A stretch of 64,000 bases of DNA, from NCBI GenBank assembly GCA_963814375.1, contig CAWFCQ010000005.1:32001-96000 (forward strand). Reading direction: 5' to 3'. Made by a program: the position numbers and the translations under genes. This DNA is from an uncultured Chloroflexia bacterium. GTDB taxonomy: Bacteria; Chloroflexota; Limnocylindria; QHBO01. Of the stretch, positions 58,193 through 64,000 are shown one piece after another. How positions within the stretch are numbered: the first letter of the stretch is position 1; each line of letters opens with the position of its first letter. Below the pieces are notes generated by a model. It ran no database searches. It saw only the letters and a program-made list of their open reading frames with translations, and was not told the origin of the DNA.

Positions 58193-59052
58193 GGCATCCC
58201 CTCGGCGGCGATTGCCGCGCGCAGCGTTTCGAGCTGCCTCAGCTCCGACGCCAGCCGGGATAGCGGTGCAGCCGTCACCGCGTTGCCGCCCTCGGCGATG
58301 GCAATGAGCAGCGCGCGATCCGCGCTCACGGCATCCGGGCCGAGCGCGGCGACCGCCCCGGCGGCCGACTCCACCGCCGTCGCGTCGCCCCGCTGCGTCG
58401 CGGTCACGAGGTCGTCCACCGCGGCGATCATCGCATCCGTGGTATCCACCCACACCGGCAGCGTCACGACACCAACCTCCCAGGCGGCGATGGCGTCGTG
58501 GTCCTCGCGTGCGGCCGCCACGTGGTCGGCGGCGGCATCTGGGTCGCCCGACTCGAGGGCGACGAGCGCGTCCTCGAGCGACGCCGTCACCGCTTCGGCC
58601 CGCTCGCGCATCATGACGAACTCGTCGCCGGCGTCAGCCGACGCCGCCAGCTGGCCGGCGATCGAGGCGAGCGCAGCCGGGTCGGGAGCGGACGGGAGTG
58701 GCTCGGCAGCCGGCTGCCGCGCGCGGAGCGCCGACTCGAGGGCATTGCGCGCGTTGCGCGCCGCGACCGCTTCGGGTATCGCCTCGGTCACGAGCCGCGA
58801 CGCCTCGCGCAACGGCGGGCCTGGTTCGGCATCGCCGGCGACGACCCGGGCGGCACCGCGCCGGCCCTCGTCGAGCGCCGCTGCCAGCTCGAGCTCGAGA
58901 GCGTCAAGCGCAACGTCCGCGTCGGCTGTCCGCTCTCGCACGAGCGCGTCGGCGCCGGCGACGACCTCCGGCCGCGTTGCTCCCGGGCCGATCGCAGCGA
59001 TCACCACCACCCCGACGGCGGCGGCGGTGGCAGCCGACCGGGTCCCTATCAT
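58189..59052 (-). CDS. Ala-rich helical hypothetical protein
   Basis: ATGA overlap with kinase start; start uncertain. Confidence 0.55.
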   Translation of the reverse strand: MIGTRSAATAAAVGVVVIAAIGPGATRPEVVAGADALVRERTADADVALDALELELAAALDEGRRGAARVVAGDAEPGPPLREASRLVTEAIPEAVAARNARNALESALRARQPAAEPLPSAPDPAALASIAGQLAASADAGDEFVMMRERAEAVTASLEDALVALESGDPDAAADHVAAAREDHDAIAAWEVGVVTLPVWVDTTDAMIAAVDDLVTATQRGDATAVESAAGAVAALGPDAVSADRALLIAIAEGGNAVTAAPLSRLASELRQLETLRAAIAAEGMP

Positions 59053-59058
59053 GGGCCG

Positions 59059-60087
59059 ATGGACGCCGAGTCGGTGCGGGCGCTGCCGAAGGCGGAGCTC
59101 CACCAGCATCTGGATGGCTCGTTGCGGATCGAGACCGCAGTTGACCTCGCAGCCGAGATCGGCATGTCACTCGACGCGGCGACGGCCAGGGCGCGGATGG
59201 TCGGGCCGCGCCGCTGCGCCAACCAGGCGGAGCTGCTGTCGTTCTTCGACGTCCCGATCGCGCTGCTGCAGACGGGCGGGGCGCTGGAGCGCGCTGCGGC
59301 CGAGCTCGTCGAGGACCTTGCCGGTGACGGGATCCGGTATGCCGAGATCCGTTGGGCGCCCCGGCTGCACCTCGAGCGCGGCCTCTCGGTCACCGACGTG
59401 ATCGGGGCCGTGGCCCGCGGGGTCGCCCGCGCGACCTCGGTCACCGGCGCGCCGATCGTGCGGCTGATCGTGACGGCGATGCGGCAGCATCCGCCCGGTG
59501 CGAACGCCGAGCTGGCGCGTGTGGCCGGCGCGATCGGGCCGCCGGTGATCGGGTTCGACCTGGCCGGGCCCGAGGCCGCCTGGCCGGCGGCGCCGCACGC
59601 GGTCGCCTTCGCGGCGGCGGCCGACGCGGGGCTCTCGCTGACCGCCCACGCCGGGGAGACTCCCGGCAGCGCGCACGTGCGCGAGGTGCTCGACTTCGGC
59701 GTGCGTCGCGTTGCGCACGGCGTGACCGCGGCCGACGATCCGGCGCTGCTCGATCTCCTGCGCGAACGCGACATCACGCTCGATCTGTGCCCGACCTCGA
59801 ACGTCCAGGCGGGGATCGCCGCCTCCCTCGAGGAGCATCCGGTCGCGACGCTCCATCGCGCCGGGGTGAGCGTCACGATCTCGACCGACGATCGGACGGT
59901 CACCGGCACCTCGCTCAGCCAGGAGCTGGCACAGACCGCGGTTGCCCTCGGCCTGGAGCGGCGGGAGCTTGCCGAGATCGCGGTCAACGCATTCCGTCGG
60001 GGTTTCGCCGCCGATGCAGCTCTCGCGGTCGCCACCGCGGACGCCGAGCAGGCGTGGGCTGCATGGAGCTTCCCCATCACCGGCTGA
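59059..60087 (+). CDS. add: Adenosine deaminase
   Basis: PKAELHQHLDGS, HAGE, HGV, CPTSN and STDD; TATCAT-N6-ATG. Confidence 0.92.
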   Translation: MDAESVRALPKAELHQHLDGSLRIETAVDLAAEIGMSLDAATARARMVGPRRCANQAELLSFFDVPIALLQTGGALERAAAELVEDLAGDGIRYAEIRWAPRLHLERGLSVTDVIGAVARGVARATSVTGAPIVRLIVTAMRQHPPGANAELARVAGAIGPPVIGFDLAGPEAAWPAAPHAVAFAAAADAGLSLTAHAGETPGSAHVREVLDFGVRRVAHGVTAADDPALLDLLRERDITLDLCPTSNVQAGIAASLEEHPVATLHRAGVSVTISTDDRTVTGTSLSQELAQTAVALGLERRELAEIAVNAFRRGFAADAALAVATADAEQAWAAWSFPITG

Positions 60088-60928
60088 CGCGATCCAGCAG
60101 CAGATCTCGGACGGCGGCGGGGCCGGCGGCGATCGCCTCGGGTGCTCGCTCACCGACGAGGCCTGCGGCGACGTCGGCATCGGCGACGCCGGTCAGCACG
60201 AGGATCGCGGCGCACCCGGCGCGGTGGGCGGCAACCACGTCCGCATCGGGGTTGTCACCGACCACGATGCTCTCGTCGGCCCCGATGCCGCTCGCCTCGA
60301 GGATGGCCTGGAACATCTGCGGGGCGGGCTTCCCGATCACGAGCGGAGCGACGCCCGTCGCGGTCGAGAGCGCCGCCACGATCGCGCCCGCGCCCGGCAG
60401 GAAGCCCTTCGACGTCGGATAGCGCGCATCCGCGTTCGTGGCGATGAGGCGCGCTCCGTCGGCGACCGCCCGCATGGCGATTCCCAGGCGCCGGTAGTCG
60501 ACATGGGGGTCGAGACCGACGATGACGGCGTCGAAGCGTCGGTCCAGCGCTTCCCCGGCGTGCACAGCGGCCGCCGCATCGGACATCGTCACGTCGAGGC
60601 CGGCGGCGATGAGCTCCTCGCCCATCCCATCGGCGCCGATGGCGAGGACGGTGTTGATCTCGGGTGCGTGGATGCGCAGGTGCTCCACCGTTGCCCAGGT
60701 GGAAGTCACGATCTCGTCGCTGGCTGTCGGAATGCCCATGCCGCCGAGACGCTCGACGTAGCCAGCGCGCGTCACGGTCGAGTTGTTGGTCGCGAAACGG
60801 ACGACGACGCCGCATTCATGGAGCCAGCCGACAAGCTCCGCCGCACCGGGGATCGCATCCGCCCCCCGGTAGATCACGCCGTCGAGATCGAAGATGACGA
60901 GGCGCACGCGAGCGGGCAGGTCGGACAT
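60077..60928 (-). CDS. HAD-IIA (NagD-like) nucleotide phosphatase
   Basis: DLDGVIY, TNNS, TNAD, GKP and GD..D.D. Confidence 0.92.
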   Translation of the reverse strand: MSDLPARVRLVIFDLDGVIYRGADAIPGAAELVGWLHECGVVVRFATNNSTVTRAGYVERLGGMGIPTASDEIVTSTWATVEHLRIHAPEINTVLAIGADGMGEELIAAGLDVTMSDAAAAVHAGEALDRRFDAVIVGLDPHVDYRRLGIAMRAVADGARLIATNADARYPTSKGFLPGAGAIVAALSTATGVAPLVIGKPAPQMFQAILEASGIGADESIVVGDNPDADVVAAHRAGCAAILVLTGVADADVAAGLVGERAPEAIAAGPAAVRDLLLDRVSR

Positions 60929-61109
60929 CCGGCCGATCATAGCGGTGAGGCCCGCCGGCTCGGCATGTGCCCGCTCCCCTTGAGCGCCGAGAGAGCGAGG
61001 CAGTATGATGCCGCAGATTCAGGGGCGGGCGCCCATGCCCCGTGCCCTTCGGAGGCGCCGCGAGCACTCGCGGCTGAGCGCACCCGGATTGCGGTGTGGA
61101 GGAGATTAG

Positions 61110-62335
61110 ATGCGGAAGCAAACCAGCTCGTGGGTGGCGATCATCGCCATCCTGATGCTGATCCTGTCGGCGTGTTCGAGCGACGGCGGGGAGAACCCAG
61201 ATGCGAGTGAGCCCGTCGGCAGCGAGCCGGCCGCCAGCGAGCCCGCCGGCAGCGAGCCGGCCGCCAGCGAGGCGCCGACCGGCTTGGCCGCGTGCGGCGA
61301 GCAGGAGGGCGGCGACGAGTGGCTGATCGGCGGCGTGACCGACGTCGGGCAGCTCGAGGACAAGTCCTTCAACGAGGGCGGCTGGTGCGGCACGATCGCC
61401 GGCGCCACCTCCGTCGGCGGCAGTGCCGAGGTCATCGTGACCGAGGACCCGGCCGACTATGAGCCAGAACATCTCGACGTTCGTCGACCAGGGCTACCAG
61501 ATCGTCGTGACCTACGGCTTCGCACTCGGGAACGCCACCGCCGTCGCGGCCAAGGCGAACCCGGATGTGTGGTTCATCGGCCTCGACCAGCCGGGTGGTC
61601 GAGCCAACGGCGACCCGGACCCGACGTTCACCTGCGAGGGTGACGCGGCGAGCTGCTGCCGAACTACCAGGGTCTGATCTTCTCGGAGGCCCAGGCCGGG
61701 TACCTGGCCGGCATCGTGGCCGCCACCCTCACCGAGACGAACGTCATCGCGAACGATCGGCGGCATCGAGTCGATCCCGGCGGTCGTGAAGCTGTACATC
61801 GGCGGCTACCACAATGGCGCGCGTCGCGTGAACCCGGACGTCGAGGTCGCGATCTCGTACGTCGCGAGGACATCACCACCGCCTTCAACGACCCGGCAAC
61901 GGGCGCGTCGCTGGCGGAGCAGCAGATCGGCCAGGACGTCGACGTCCTCTTCCAGGTCGCCGGCCGTCCGGGCCAGGGCGTGCTGGAGGCTGCGTGCGAC
62001 GCAGGTGGCGTCTACGGCATCGGCGTCGATGTCGACCAGTGCGCTCGCTCTCCGCAGCGCGACTGCATCGTGACCAGCGCCGAGAAGAAGCTGGTCGACG
62101 CGATCGACGAGGCGATCCAGCGCGTGGTCGATGGAGAAGCGGTTGGCGGCTCCGTCGTCCTCGATGCGGCTTCCGAGCCGCCGAAGGTCGGCGTCTCCGC
62201 GTTCCACAACCATCCCGACCTGCTCACGCCGGAGACGCAGACGCGCTCGACGACGCGACGGCCGCGATGGCATCCGGCGAGCTGAATCCCTGCGAGGGCG
62301 AGGGCGCGTACGCCGCGAGGCTATCGCCGGAATAG
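61110..62335 (+). CDS. BMP family (nucleoside) ABC substrate-binding lipoprotein, multiple frameshifts
   Basis: Lipobox LSAC, DKSFNE, GYLAG, GIGVDVDQ and TSAEK spread over several frames. Confidence 0.85.
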
Positions 62336-62367
62336 CGCTCGGATCGGTCTGAGCATCCAGGCAAACT

Positions 62368-62398
62368 GAAGGGCGGGTCCATGCGTGGCCCGCCCTTC
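62368..62398 (+). terminator. Hairpin after the BMP gene
   Basis: GAAGGGCGGG...CCCGCCCTTC. Confidence 0.6.
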
Positions 62399-62425
62399 TT
62401 GCATCACCGCCTCGGCGGGAGTCCG

Positions 62426-64000
<1,575 letters not shown>

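Noticed and set aside
61205-61275. 15-bp tandem repeats (agcgagccggccgcc)
   Set aside because: They encode an SEPAA linker of the lipoprotein; no spacers or cas genes, so not CRISPR

Overview
High-GC, gene-dense bacterial DNA; the gene style suggests Chloroflexota (e.g. Limnocylindria-like), which is inference only. The left ~22 kb looks accessory and mosaic. It has a tRNA-Arg(TCG) 5' half broken exactly at the anticodon loop, degenerate copies of that junction between gene modules, and several gene fragments (catalase HPII C-terminus, aldo/keto reductase, internally deleted DHFR-like gene). It also has a GTP cyclohydrolase II-RibD / MDR / PTPS / HAD / 2x GT4 cluster that probably makes an unknown glycosylated GTP-derived heterocycle, plus small regulators and stress genes. 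From ~23 kb the content looks like core genome: ABC exporters, CAP protein, GH1, MenA-like prenyltransferase, tRNA-His, a ParB-like/metallophosphoesterase/degenerate-Rieske operon, sugar ABC plus GH38, NUDIX, topoisomerase IB, NAPRT, glgC, class A PBP, prepilin peptidase, pepA, PASTA kinase, adenosine deaminase, NagD and a nucleoside ABC system. Many genes appear leaderless (TANNNT 6-8 nt before the start codon). Frameshifts, dense after 61 kb, are most likely sequencing indels. No CRISPR array, rRNA, integrase or transposase was seen. All family assignments are motif recognition by eye; no database search was run.
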